DNA of 63,442 nucleotides, the filler included, from Vannella sp. (Eukaryota): NCBI GenBank assembly GCA_023345925.1. It is 6 parts of 6 records of this genome, joined end to end, with 100 filler letters (N's around TTAATTAATTAA, not from the genome) between each part and the next. Parts side by side here need not be neighbours in the genome. Positions count along the whole stretch, not along the records: positions 18,783 to 39,957 come from JAJQQN010001069.1; 5 more parts are not named here. One strand, 5' to 3'. Numbering within the stretch: the first letter of the stretch is position 1; every line of letters starts with the position of its first letter. The notes under the pieces are model-generated. The model saw only the letters and a program-made list of their open reading frames with translations. It had not been told where the DNA came from and made no database searches. The translations under genes and the position numbers were made by a program. Below are positions 21,564 through 35,700 of this stretch, piece after piece.

Positions 21564-24500
21564 CTAGAGGTCTTCGTTGTCGCTGTCTTCTTGAAGGGAG
21601 GACTCTCCGTCTGGCACAACAAAGTCGCTGTCAATCTCTCGGCAGCTTGTGATGGCGTACAAAAGACGAGCGCGCATTATTGGTGAGGAGGTGTACGCGG
21701 GAAGGGATACGCTAAAGAAACAAGTGTGCGCCATTGGCAATAACTCGTCCACGGAAGAAGAACCAACAGGGAACGCTTGCAATTGGAAAGGAGTCGTAAA
21801 TTCTCCCTCTCGAGGTAATTGAGAGCGACCCCATACAAAGCGAATGAATAACGCCTTCTCACGTGGAGAAAAGGAACTCAGAACTTCCCAAAAGATAACA
21901 ATGTGAGAGTCTGTTGGTGCCACACCCACGTAACGAGTATGCCGTTTGAGTAAATCAATATCAAAGTCAGGATCTCCACACACGCGGTGTTCCAGTTGTT
22001 GCCAACTGAGATAACAAAGAAGAGAAGACGGGAATATGGTTTGAATGCCACGCGCAATAGCTTCTGTTTGAAGTCTGAATTCATGCAAACGGTAGTTCTC
22101 TACCAAGACCGTAAACAGCGCCCGATTTTCCCAAGTCACTTGACATGATGCACCGCCGGGTTTGAGCTCAACAATGCGTCCGTCTGAAGAGCGGGTGGTG
22201 AATGTCTCAAAAATAAGATCATAGAAGCTTTCAGCTGTGACACCGGTGTGGTGCAGGTCGCGTACAGCTTCTAAAAATTTGCAACAGCTCTGGTCGACAC
22301 CTTCCAAGTCACTCCACTCTAATTTGGTGGCTACAAGCGGCTTCCAGATGATTGAAGGGAGTGATAGATCGAGTGTGTTCTTGGTTCGCAATGAAATGCC
22401 AATCAGTTGCCCGACAAACTCGAATTGAGCGAGTTGCCGAAGAGATGACGCTGATGGGTTTGGAATGAATTTGTCTTGATTGAATCCGATTTCTGAGGAA
22501 GCGTTGGGACACCTAATGAAGAGACCGAGGGCTGGAGATAAAAGGTCACTGCAGAACTCGCTAATAGCTTCTCGATAAGGTCCTCCAACATCCATAGCCC
22601 CTTCCCTCAGCAGTTTGACTGCCCATGCTCTCTCAGGTTGTCGCAGCAAAGCTGGGTCAACCTGGCTAAGCTGTTTGAACCCTTGAAGGAACATATTGCT
22701 GTTGACCCGCGCCTCTTGTGCTACTTGCCGGTTCAGAGTGATGATGGGAGAAGTTCGTTGTGTGTGTGTTGCACAAAGCACTTCCTCAAAAAGGTCGAGC
22801 TTAACATCAATAAAAACGAGCCGCCGGATCGCTCCGAGCATGAACGCCAAACTCCAGTCTTCGTTAACATATTGCATGTCTACAAGAGGGATTAGTCCTG
22901 TTACCAACTCATTCAAGAACTTGAGCATGGCAAAGCGGAGACGAATGCTCTCAAGAGGCAAACCTCCTAGTGACTCAAGAGGCTGGGCTTGGCAATCCTC
23001 CCAAGTCAAGTCGCGGCAAGCCACTCCCCGTGATTTGCTTCCTTGTTCGATGAGAGTGACTAGCTCGTAGTCCATTGACAAGGTCCATTCATCCTTACTA
23101 GCCAAGGCGGCTTCACAGTCCTCCTGAGCAAGCTCTCTAAACATCTGATTCATCTTCTCGTCAAAACGCGGAGTCACAGTAAATCGGAATCCCCAATTAG
23201 CCGAATGCGCAGCGGAAGAATCCGACAGGAACGACCAAACAAAGGAATCTCCAGCGATTATAAACCCTTTCCCTCCAAACTGTCCAGTAAACGCACCGAG
23301 GTCTGCTGCACCCACATTATCTCTAGAGAACAGCAAATGATCTACACCGTTCTCCGTGCAGGTTTTGGGGTCGAAAGTCACAAGCAATGAAGTAGCGTGG
23401 GGAATATTAACCGCTGCTGTAACACGAGCCCCGGCTGGATATGGATGTGGACTCTCTTGAGCGATGCTGGCGCGGCGAGCTTGAAAGCAAGCTTCTCGAA
23501 CGAAGTCCGCCGAGAAACTATCTCCCTCCAAGAGGTACCTTATGGCCTTAACAGTGTTCACTGAGGTTGAAAGCCAAGGTGGGAACTCGCCAAAGGGATT
23601 AGAATCCCGACATTCGTACTCAGATCCTTCTGTCTCAGAAATTGAGACATCTTCAAGAGCATCTACCTCCTGCAGGGTCAAGGGAGGTAGAACGGCGATA
23701 GTTTCATCCGTAGCTCGGCCTTGGGAGATCATTAGGAGGTTCACAGTGAGTTCAAAGAGTCTCTGGGCGTACTCAGAATGAGGACTTGACTTCTTCTGCT
23801 CTGAATGGACTAAATTGATGAACTCATCGCACATAAACTTCAATTTGCCGAGTTCCAGGGACTGCCGGAAAAGGTGAATGCGTTGGAGGACAGGAATCAG
23901 AATATTAATGATCCGGATTCGCTGATGATGAGCCGAAGAGTTCCTCAGATGGAGAACAAGAGAGTCATACAGGGAGGTGCTGTAGAATCCCGCCACCCAC
24001 ACTGGAGACAGATGGAGGATCCATTCAGTGAGACAACATGCGTAGTTGAAACTGGATAGCAATGCAGTGTCACTCTGCGGTGTGGACATAACTAAAGGAC
24101 ATACAAAGAAGCGGTAACCCCATTTCCCAGGCTGCTGAGTAGGAAGAGGCTCTGCACAAGAAAATTCCATCCACATTCGATTGCTATTTGAAGTGAATGG
24201 GAGATACGCTGCGTATCCCTGGCCACTATAACTATGCAACAGCTTTCTGGCCTTGCCAAATCCAGCAGAGTAGAAGCTAAGAACATCATTGGGTCGAGTA
24301 TGAGACCGTGGGTCAAAGTAAACTAAGAGCGCTTTGGCTCCTGGTATGTGAATGATCTTCTTGGTAGATGCCAAGGCATAGGGGTGCTCAGATTCAAGGA
24401 TGAGCGAAGGCCATTGTCGATTTTGAGCGTCTGCTAGACTAGAGCGGACTTGTTCTCGAATAGAACTGGCCAGTTGCGAAGATGCGGAGAAATCTGCCGA

Positions 24501-27500
24501 GCCATATCGATTAAGTTGACTTCGTGGTCCACGGTCTGAAGAGAGCAAACCAGTCTGAAGTCGCTTCGAGAAGGACTTGACCCACGCCTGCATTTCCCAG
24601 CCAGAATACGCTTGTAAAGTATACTGCCGAGTTTGTGTCGACACTCTGAACACGCGCACTCCCTTTGGCTCCACTTGCACGACATCGTTCAGACTTATCG
24701 CCCCCAGAACAGATGCAGAAGACTGAAATCTCTGATAATAAACAAAGCTCTCGTGTGCAATGAACCACATCTTGGTCCAAGTCCCGAATCGGCGCGAGCG
24801 CTTCATAAGATACCCATTTCGAATGAATGGCACTTCTTCTTCCTTCTTCTGCTTCCTCTTTGCTTGCCGATTGGGAGTGGCTTCATTGGAGGCTATGGTT
24901 TGCTTCTTGAGCGCGTGGTAGAGCTGAGCCTGGACCATTTTCATCTCGTTTGTGCTGTGGTCTTCACAAGCCTTTGCAAAGGAGCCAAACGAATCGCATA
25001 TTGGTGCCTGGTCTACAAAGATCCGGAACTGTGCCAGCATCAGCGTGTCATCCTGTTGAAGCGGTTGTAAGACAGTATCCTCCTTTAAATTGTGCGCCTC
25101 GATCCCCAGAAGGTATCCCTGATAGTGAGAAATGAACTGACGCGCATGAGAAATAGAAAGTGACCGTGAGACAACAGCAAAGTCCTTCATAGCAGACTCC
25201 AGAGTAGCTCCAGAGGATATAAATGGCCAAATCACTTCAGCAGGAGGGGCTGGAGCTAAGTCTGCAAGTGAATACCACCATTCAGCCGTTGCCCCAAGTT
25301 CGGGATTGTAGAATTTCAGTTTGGCCAAGGAGAGCTTCGCGTCAATCATTGTCACACAGCCAACAAACGAGACAGTGTCATCCATTGCTCGAACCCATTC
25401 AGAGCCAGTCCCACGCTTTGACACCAAGAAGCGTTGGCCAATTCGCAGCGATTGCTCCAAAGGCTTTTTGCCTTTTGTCCATGAAGCGGGTGAGAAGGTT
25501 TCGTGGAGCATCCCTCCGTAGACCATTAATTCAAATAGTTGCGAGTGAATGATGTGAGCAAAGTGCTCAAGGATTCTTACGTCGTAGTGTGCGAAGGTAG
25601 TGTGCTGGAGATGATGCTGCTGGATGGAAAGGAGAGCTGGCGTCAAGTGCGTTATCCAATCTAATTGTGCAAAATTTGGAAGCCAATCATTGAGCAGCCT
25701 TAGGCAGGTGGCGTTTACGTGCTGAGCAAGAGGCGACATGGCGAGTTCGGGAGAAAGAGAAATCTTTAAGAGAGCCCCGAGCTGTTCAAAAAAGTTTGAA
25801 TTGAACAGCTCAGCTTTGGGCAGCGATATCAATTGCACTTGAAGAAGAGAAGTAGGTAGCACAAGTTGCTTTAGAGCCTTTCCTTCCAGTAGAGCCACAC
25901 GAATCAAACCAGCACCTTCTTGATGCTCCAATACAACTGCTCTCTCACCTCCATGATGAGGTACCGAAGAATGGATTGTAACAAAGGCACCGATTTGGAT
26001 GTGATGAGTGATAGAGCCTAAAAGGGAGAACCCCACAAGAATATGCTCTAATTTTCGTGGCTTTTTCTTCTTCTTCCGCTTCTTTAGGTCCATTAATAGT
26101 CCTCCACCAAGCTCAAAGCTTCGAGTAATTACACCTTGCAGGGCTTCGCTCCAACCAGGTGCCGCCAATAGACCTTGAAGAAGTGAAGTAACCCCTTCTA
26201 AAAATGATAGAGACTCATAAGCTCGTACAGCTGGTGGTGAGGTTTCAAAGGTGAGTGAAATGGATGGTTCTACGTCGAAACGGAAAGGCATTTGGCCAAA
26301 GTTGACCAAAACGCAAGCACCTTGAGCGCCGATTCCTACAAACGGGTAAAAGTCTCCGTAAACATTCTTAAATGCTATTCCAAGGGCCTTCCCGTTTTTG
26401 GTGAAGAAGAGCTCACCGCTCCTGGGGTACCAACCACACCCAACAATATCATCATTATAGAGCTCCTCTGGTGTATAAGGCTCGTCATAGGGAGGGCGAA
26501 TCTTACGAGAATTCTTGTCTAAAGCATATAAATCAATCTCTTTGCCCGAACCTTCATCCTTGCGGAACAAGCCAAAGAAGAGTGGCCCCTCGTCACCTTC
26601 GTTCTCAATCCGCACTTCAAAGTAAAAGAAAGGGACGGCCTTATCGATAGGCGCATTTGCGATGATGAAAGCTGGCGCCCCGTTGTTTTCTCCTTCGCTG
26701 TCAGGGATGTACGTGACCGTCCTATTGTCCGCAGAAATGTAGAATTGCTTGTCGCCACGGCTGAGAATATTTCGGCGGTCCCACCCGATTGGTAGCTGTG
26801 CTTTGATGCCAAAATCTCCCTCGACGTCGAAGAACGGATGAGAAAGCTCTAAACGGCTATCTGTACGGCGAGAGTGTACGATGGGATAGGCTGTTGATTC
26901 TGTCCTCTCAATAATCGGCAGAAAGTCATTGACTCGCAAAGGAGGAGAGGCTTCTTCTGCTTCCACTTCTCCCGACAAAGAACGCACCAGAACAGAAGCC
27001 ACAAGGTCAGTAAGAGCAGATAATAGGGTGTGCTTCCCATAACGCAGTCCAGGACTTTGCATTGGAAGAATCTCGCGGAGAACATGAACAGTATAAAGAC
27101 GCAGCTGCTCGCTGGCACTAAAGAGCAAGTTGAGCATATTCTTGATTGATATAGGTGTAGAAAGGCACTTTTTGCCAATTGGCGTTGTTGCCACAACGCA
27201 TAAGAGGCCCATGATATACTCCACCTCCACTTCATAGCTAACTCCAAGAGCTGATCTCGCAATGACCTCAACAACGTCACATTCACAACCTGTTTGGCAG
27301 CGGGTGCATCTCTGTTTGGAGACATAATCTGACAAGTGGGTGATAACCAATTCAAAGAAGGAAGATTGCCATTCACTTATCGGCCCTCGTGCACAATCGG
27401 GAGCTTTCATAACATCTTCAGAGTTTGGAGAAATTGTGGCGGGGTTGTGAATATCAATACAAATGGCTCCTAGGAAGTAGAATAGATTGCGGGCCATACT

Positions 27501-30500
27501 AGAAACGTCCTTCCTATATAGCAATTCGAAGCTCTTAAGCTTTTCATCCGATTGGGGATGAGCTGTGTTGCTGCTCATGAGGCGATATAGTTTCCCAAAG
27601 ATATCGATCTGAGAGAGGAACTCGTGGTCTCTCTTTGTGAATCCAAGGGCAAAGCTATCTAGAGCTAGAAGATGCAATGCAGCATCAGAAGGGCTCCCTT
27701 CATCCAGGAAACTTGAAATGTGGGACATTAGCGAAGAGAACTCTTGCTGGACTAGATTATTATAGCTTCGTGCTCCTCCAAGAATGTTGTCCAAATAGTG
27801 ACTTGGCTTTGTGGTTTGAGTTCCTCGAATTGCCTTCCCAAGGAAGCATAGCACCTCATGTTTCATGCCTGGGTACTTGACATGAACGAGAAGTTTCACT
27901 AAGTTGTTGAATCCAAATGCTCTATAAAGAGCGCGCTTGCAACGTCTCTCAATAATCAAAGTGAGTGTACTGGATGAAATAGTGCTGCTGAGGAAGTTCA
28001 TCAGTTGCCGAGTGATCTGGGTAGCGCCTAATCCTAATCCATCCACAGGAGCCAGGCAAGCTGAATTAAACTTCAGCAAAAGCGTTAGCTTTGCTTCAAA
28101 ATGTCTGCAGATGGAAAGGTAAGGGTTGGGTGTCTTGCCTTTCTCCTGAGACTGCCGAAGAGACTCTCTGCCGAGCTGGCCGATGTCTTCTTCAAGATAT
28201 TCTGCATACTGACGCTCTTGATGGGCTCTTAAGATAGCATTGCACACACCCTTTGCAATCCCCGAAAGCTCAATAAGAACTTGGTCCATCGAAGATGACT
28301 TTGGTGAATTTGTGCGAGAGAACGTTTTTGAGGGGTTTTTCCCTTTTGTAGAAGAAGGCAATTTTGATGTACGCTTGCGGACGGCACGAGTCCACTGCTG
28401 GGCCTCTGAGACAAGATGGTGATGTTTTAGTACTACCGCAATTGCATAGCGCTGGACTGCTTCAATCCCTGGAACTGCCTCATTCAAGAAAGTATTATGA
28501 TTGGGCTGCTGTCTTGGTAAATTGATTGCACTTAAAAAGAACGAGCCATCGGTTTGGGGAAGGGCCAGGCAAATCTCTTCCAGAAACGTGTCTGAATCAG
28601 TTTCCGCAAGCAACTCAGATGGAGTCACTGCAGACTGAACAGAACCCAGTTTGGGTCTAAAGAGAGTGTTTGATAGGCCTTGAATCTCCTCTGAGATTTG
28701 AGAGGAATGTAATCCACCCGAGAAGAGCTCTTGGTCCAAAAAAAGACCAGAGGCAAGCTCATCTTCTTGGATTTCCTGTCCTTCAATGAGATGGCAAGCA
28801 ATGCGTCCACCTAATCCACATAAAGTTCGTTCCAGTTCAACAGACCAAGCTACTTTGCTCTGATCGCCCCGCACGATATGGCCAATAACCTCACAGCGGT
28901 ATCCAAAGTCACCTGCGTTATGGTTTGATCGGAAAACAAATACCACAGTATCACCAGGGATTATCACTCGCGCGGTTGGCCAATTATTCATCGAATACCG
29001 CTCCCCAAATGGCTCGCGCATCAGCTCATCTCTGTATAACTGGAGGAAATCTCCTTCGTTTGCTGTTTGGCAACTTTCATCGAACAAGAGGGCCAAGAAG
29101 ATTGCCCCTGGAACAGTAATAACTTGCTTCTCATCAGAGTAAGGTTGATAAGGATGAGCAGTCTCCATTATTCTCGACGATCCTCGTACGAATTCTTTAG
29201 AGAATGATACTCCTTGGAATGCGGCACTTCCTGTCTTGTGTTGCTGTAGACAATTGGCACGATCAAAATCGCTCGTCAGCTCTGAGATCAGAGGAAGTAG
29301 CTCTTTAGCAAAGCCTGTGTTGGAAGTAAACAGGAACAAGGCGTGAATTAAACTTGGCAGAAGTGCTCGGATTGCAACATACTCTGCCTGCTCATCGATA
29401 AAGCCGATATTGTTCAAGTCACTAAGACTACTCCCAGTGACTTTGCTTATGATCCATATGCATTGCTTCAAAAAGTATTTGCAATAGCAAACAAGTGCAC
29501 TTGTGAGCTGGGGATCTCTTCCACTACTCTCTAATACACGGAGAACCAGATTCTTTTGAAAGGAGAACAGGAGCTTCAACGCTAATCTAGCTTCACGAGA
29601 CGTGGCCCGGGTCGAAGGTGTGGGGCGATTAGGGATATTTGAAGTACTGAACGGTGGTTGGGAAGCAATCCGAAATAAGTGCGAGACTATTGGGATAAGG
29701 AATCCTTCTGTGGCTTTGCTTTCTTCCCCCTTTGGTGGATATAAGAGATATGATGAGTTACTGTGGTCTGTTAACAAGTCAAGTACGTGAGTGAGTAGAA
29801 CTTTGGTACTTGCATCAGATTGGCTATCTACAGTGTCACCCTCAAATAGAGAGAGGAGGAAATGAGATTGCTCTTGGTAGGAAGCATAGAACAGAGGAAA
29901 TCCAACAGTCAAAGTCTCACATGCCTCCTGTTCCAGTCGATTTCGTGCGTGCTCGAGGCCTCCTGGTAATTTGGTGTGAATGAATCGAAGAAGCAGCGTC
30001 CGAAGGTCATCAAGCAGCTGCCTTGATCCTTCCCCTTCCATCAAGTCCTCTTCGCCTTTTGAATCGTCATTTGCTTCGGCAACAAGCCCAATATCTCGTG
30101 GTTGAATCCCACAAGCAATCATGTGTTGGAAGTTCAGTCGAACAATACGAAGACAAGACGTAATAACGTCATATTGCTGCTCTTCTGATGGCTCTTGGAC
30201 CATCTTTTGCTCCGCTTTAACCATCATTTTGTACAAGAGTTGGAAAAGTGAGGGGTGCACCTCCACACAAAACGCTTCTTTGAGCTGTCGGTTAGGAAAC
30301 GTCACAGAATTTACTGAAGGCGTTGCTAGCATAGCCAGTCGTGACACCAGTCGAAGGAGTATCAACGCCGCTGATTTTCCAGTTATCTTTCTTGTCTCAG
30401 GCAAAGCAACTTCTCCAATTCGATGCTCCTCCATCAACCGCAGGAAGGAAGGTGAGCGTCCAACGGGGAATAGATGACGAGGACCCACGCCACTATTCTG

Positions 30501-32533
30501 GAAGAGGCCCATTTCAGTGGAAGTCTCATTCAGGCACCAAATCTGGTTGTGTCGCCAACTAAGAACGGCGCTTGAGATTTTGTGATCGCCACCAACGAGC
30601 TGGTTTTCCATGAAGTGGCCAGTAATCAGCGAGAATTTGCGACAGATCTGTTGTCGCACATCATACCCAAACGAAGCAGCGTAGGGAGGTGGCACAATGA
30701 GTATCAACTGCTGTCCATTTGAATAGAATGTACCAAAGCGCATGCTGTCAGCGTCAATCGGAGGCTTATCCGCTTGAGCAGTTGAATCAGCAGTCAAAAA
30801 AATGCGGCGATAGTGTTGCATACAATCTAGAGGATCGTACCAATCCACAACCAAGCGTTCCATTCCCTCAATAAGATCTCTCACTTGTGAAACAATCAGT
30901 AAATAGCGCCCGTCAGAGATCATATGTGAGCGGTTTGTGATAATTTCAGGGTTCTCGCTTTCATGGTCAAAAGAAACCTTTGCACGAGAAGCAGAAAGAT
31001 TATCAGCCTCCTCGTTTACTGATTTTGATGCTTCTGGACTCGTATGCTCTTCCTCCGCCCCAAGTGGGAATGCACGATTGTCCATCGTCTTGAGGCTTCC
31101 CTCGCCATCCCAAAAAACAGTTCCAACCTCAGTCAGCTGGCTGCAAGTGAGAACAACGATACTGGCAGGGTGAATTCCAGAAGAGCGAAAGTATAACAGA
31201 TCTTCAACACAAGCCAAGGAACTTTCAAATTCAGGGTACCAAGTACTATTCTGTTGGTAGACTCGCCCCCTGACAGTGCCGTTTCCTGTTCCAACCTTCA
31301 AGAGTCCACACTTTCCATGAACATACAAGAAGGTTCCATCAGTAGCAATTGAGGTGCGATTGGCATCTTCAGCATGAGAGAATGGGTTCTCATCACTCCA
31401 AATAACATTCCACGATCCACTGCCAGAGAGTCCGCTCAGCTCTAGCGGGTGGCTCCATTGCCCAAGAGATTTCAAAAGGGGCAGGATAGAGAGCGATCGG
31501 TCGATAGCCTCCGGCCAGGACATGAGGAGATCAACAGCCCGTAAAATCCCTAACGCAGTTCCTCGAGTGATAGCCACTCCAATGAGTGCTTCCATCGCTT
31601 CAACAGGCAACTGAGAGCGGCTCTTGGGCAATGTGTCCTTCCTACTCCTCTTCCTCTCATTGCCTCTTTTTTTCGCGTTTGTGTCCTTGCTAGCAACTGC
31701 AGATTCCTCCTGTGAGGGGGTCAAATGTAAGTCTCTTTCTCGCTTCTCCTCTCGGACTCTTTCCTCCTCTTCTTGAAGCAGAGATTCCTTGATGGTAGAG
31801 ATGAGGAAGGATTGAAGAGCGTCAGCACAATCATCGGGATCATGGAAGAGCGAGAGAAGTGGGAAGTCGGGGAGCATTGAATTAAGTGATTGGATTGCTG
31901 CAGACTTGATAAGGGCGTCTGGTTGTGCTTGAATAGTCGCAATAAACATGCGAATGCCCATTCGTATCACTGGAGGTACACCACCTGGAACATTGAGCAA
32001 AGGGTGCTGGTCCGAACTACGAACCGGCACCCCCCTCTCCGCTACGGGTAACTGGCGCCGTGCACGCTCTCTAAGAGCAGCTATGTATATACGGCGAACT
32101 AGTTGAATGCGCTTCTGTAACAGCAACGAGAAGCGGTCGCTCCCCGACGTGAACTATCCAAGGGAGAAGGTGAGAAAGTCTCTAGAGCGCGTCACTGGGT
32201 CTGTCAGTTAAAACGTACCTTTAAGAGATCACGCAAGAGGTTCTGCATGGCTTCTGGCGCGAGAGGGCTCGAGTGGAGCAAGTAATGAAGGAAAACAGGC
32301 TCCGCAGAGGAGAACACTGGAGGAGAGGGAGGGTCTGGTGTCAGATCCTCCTGAGAGTACCAGATGTTCGTGGGGTCATGTAAGCGGTGGTAGAACTCGT
32401 CCGTAAAGATGTCGTTGATGAGCTGCTCCTCCGAGACACCCAGCCATTGCTTATCCGCAATACTCGTCCGTCGCAGCTGCCTCGGAGTCAATCCCGCAAC
32501 AGAACCCACTAACGAGCTCCTCAATGAGTGCAT
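21564..32533 (-). CDS. Giant HECTD4-like E3 ubiquitin ligase (CUB-like ESxHPY repeats, SPRY, PH, HECT), ~3600 aa
   Basis: HECT (EGAMDVGGPYRE, FIRFVWGRSQLP, LPMAHTCFF), SPRY (FYFEVRI...VGCGW...FFTKNG...YPFVG...VNFG), PH, three HPY-motif domains; upstream exon 32219-32533 joined by one intron to a 10.6 kb exon. Confidence 0.88.
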
Positions 32534-32722
32534 CAATCGCCTCTCTACGCGCCCACAGACTAAGTGGAAGCTCACGAGGCCAAGTACGGCCAATCTCACC
32601 TTCCTTTCGCCCCCTTCCGAGTAAATGACGTTCCAAGGTAATTAATTTCACAATTGCGGGAGGTTGGGTTAAAAAGCAAGCCACCGGACGACGAAAAACG
32701 GGCTCGTTCCTGATTGGTTGAA

Positions 32723-35700
32723 TTAGATGCGGCGAGAGGCTGAGAGGGCGTCGTCGGGAATGCTGTTGAGTTGCGTGACGATTTCTGGGAAACTAGGACG
32801 TGCTGCGGGGTCTTCCTGCCAGCAAGCCTGCATTGTGTCTGAGAATTGGACTGGAATGTCTTCGACTTGGGGAGGAACAACCGGTCGTACGCCCTACTCA
32901 AGTCAGTTTAGGAGTCCTGGAGGAATGGAACATACTCGAATGATTAACTCAGATAGGGTAACCTTTGATTCCTTCTCCTCTTGGCTCATTGGGACAAGCC
33001 CAGTGATGACATGGTACAAAATCATTCCAAAGGACTGCGACACCCGCATTAGCTTCTACTGGACAGGAAGGCCGGGATCCTTACAAATACGTCAGCTTTG
33101 GTTGTGTATCGATTTCCTAAAAGGACTTCTGGAGCAGACCAACGCTTGAGGTAAGACAGTCTATACTCTCCACCTTCCTTTAAGATGTTCGAGAGGCCAG
33201 GATCAGATACTTTCGCAGACCAGTATTCATTCACCATCACATTGTTTGAAGTGAGGTTCTGATGAGTGAAGGGAGGCTGTTGCCCATGAAGGAATGAAAT
33301 ACCTCGGGCCACCTCAAGCATCAATGACTTGACCCGAGGCCATGTTAGCCTTCCAGGATTGATCCGAATGATATCAGACAAGCTTCCAAGCTGACAATAC
33401 TCTGTCACCAGGCAAAGAGGGTCAGTGCAAGCTCCAACCATGTGAATGATATTCGGATGCTGCATCGACCTCCTTATTGATGAGTATTTACAGACATTCT
33501 CTTTCGTGTAGAATGCTCCAGCAACGTCAGCATTGACTGAAACTCATATTAGCTCGAGGGATCCCATCTTCTTTCACTTACAGATCTTGACAGCAACTGT
33601 TTGGCCCTTGTACATTGCACTGTGAACAACTCCATTTCGTCCTCGCCCAACAGCAGGCTCTGATATCTCCAGCAAATTGTAAGAGACCTCCCATTCATAG
33701 GAGTAGAAGTCGTCCCATGACTCTTTCTCATTGATGGCCAATGATTCATCATCAAGATCGAGAAAGCGCCTTTCTGGTGGTTGGCGAATGACAATCGTGA
33801 TGATCATGATAATCACTACGATTAAGCAAAGAACAACGGCAGATAGTACTAGAATCACTCCTGATGACAGGGAGACATTGTTGGCTGGAACACTGGCAAC
33901 GTCCACTTCCTTGTAACTCGGCAGAATGTCGAAGACAACTCCTCTCCAGTTCTCAACGGGTGCAAGGGGAACAAACATCGACTGAGAGACAGACCAAACA
34001 ACAAGGTCGTTTACAGGTACCGAACTGGCACTGCTAAATGCACCTCCAACATAGAGAGCGGACAAATCAGGAGTCAGCGCCATAGTGAATACCACTGGGT
34101 CTTTGCTGTCACTGACCCCGGTACCAATAGACTTCCAAGAGCCCCCAATAAGCCGAGCAAGTCCATTCATGACATTGCCGTTGATATTGTCAATCACACC
34201 TCCAATGTAGACTGACGGCTTGCCGGTATCAGTTGGTCCGACAGAGGGATCAATCGCAATAGTCCAAATTTCTTGTTCTCCACATTCATCATAAGTGACA
34301 CTGCAAGTAGGAACAACTTCCTGCCAGTTGTCCAATCCTGGCGTGCCAAGCTCCAACAATGCAAAGTTGTTGTGAGTTCGATTGCCCTCGGAGAAGGCAA
34401 ACGTGCCTCCCATGTAGAGAGAACTTCCTGCCACTTCCAGGTCCAGAATTGTTCCTGAAAAATAGGTTTGGATTGGTACCCACACCTCGTCAAGGGAATC
34501 CCAAGCAACCAAGCTGGAAATAAAGTGTGGCAATCCCTCCTTGTCCGTCACATTTTTCGTGAAGGAACCCGCTGCGTAGAGAAAGCGTGAATCATCAGAG
34601 CCCGCCAAATCATGAACAATTGGTCGATCTCGAGAGGAGTTAGGATCACTATGGGTGATGCCATCTCCAACATCTGACCAACCATCCTCAAGGCTGTATC
34701 TTGCAATAGAAGCGTATCGAAGTCCGCTATGATCAGCATATTGGAAGACACCGCCCAAGTAAATATCAAGTCCCAAGACCTCCAGGCTCGTCACAAGGCC
34801 AAAAACTCCCCCACTGAAGGAGCTGTAAGAGTCCACCTGTCCGTTTGAAGAGACCAGCATCAGGACGTTATTCAAATTGACAAAGTCTCCAACTTTGCGG
34901 AAGCCGCCTCCAATGATTAGTGATGATTCGTTGTAGAAAGCCATCGAAAGTACAATTCCATCGACCAAAAGCTCATTGTGAACGAAGTTGGTCCACAGGG
35001 CATCAATGATAAAGTACTCTGCAAGCAAGTTCTCAACAAGCGGATAACCATTGACAACCACATCCTCGAAAAAGCTGTCTTCAAGCCCTTGTGCTGCCAA
35101 AAAGAGAGATCCCTCCTGTGATACCACAAAGGGGCTCATTCGATAGTGCTGGAAATAAGAGTTGTTGGAGAGAGCAATCCATTCCACACCATTCCATAGC
35201 GCGATATTGTTGACTGAAATGTTTCCCGCCCGCTCAATTGCTCCACCACATATAAGACTTCCATTCCAGTAGCCGAGCTCCACTTCAGGCACCCGAAACA
35301 TAGAGCTGAAGTTATCGTTGGCCTCAATACCCTGTCCAAGAGCCGCCCACTGCCCGTTGAAGAAACTGGCCACATTCCTCACAGGAATTCCAGACGCTGA
35401 AGTGATGTTGCCAGCAACAAATACTGTCCCAGGAGAAGTACCATCACCTGAGAGAACCATTGAGGAAACCCTCCCGTCAACACCGTCAGCAAGAGAGGAG
35501 AAAGTAGTCCCATCGAAGTAAACAACATTCGACGCATTCACAAGACCAGTGCTGGTCTTGAGCTGCTGAAAAGACCCACCAACGTAGAAAGAGTCCCCCA
35601 TAGATGGTAGGAGAACCTTAATCAAGCTGTCTTGCGAACTATCGTTCCCAAGAGAGGACGCCAAAGTAGTCCACTGAAGACTCGATAACTGGCCCTGGAA

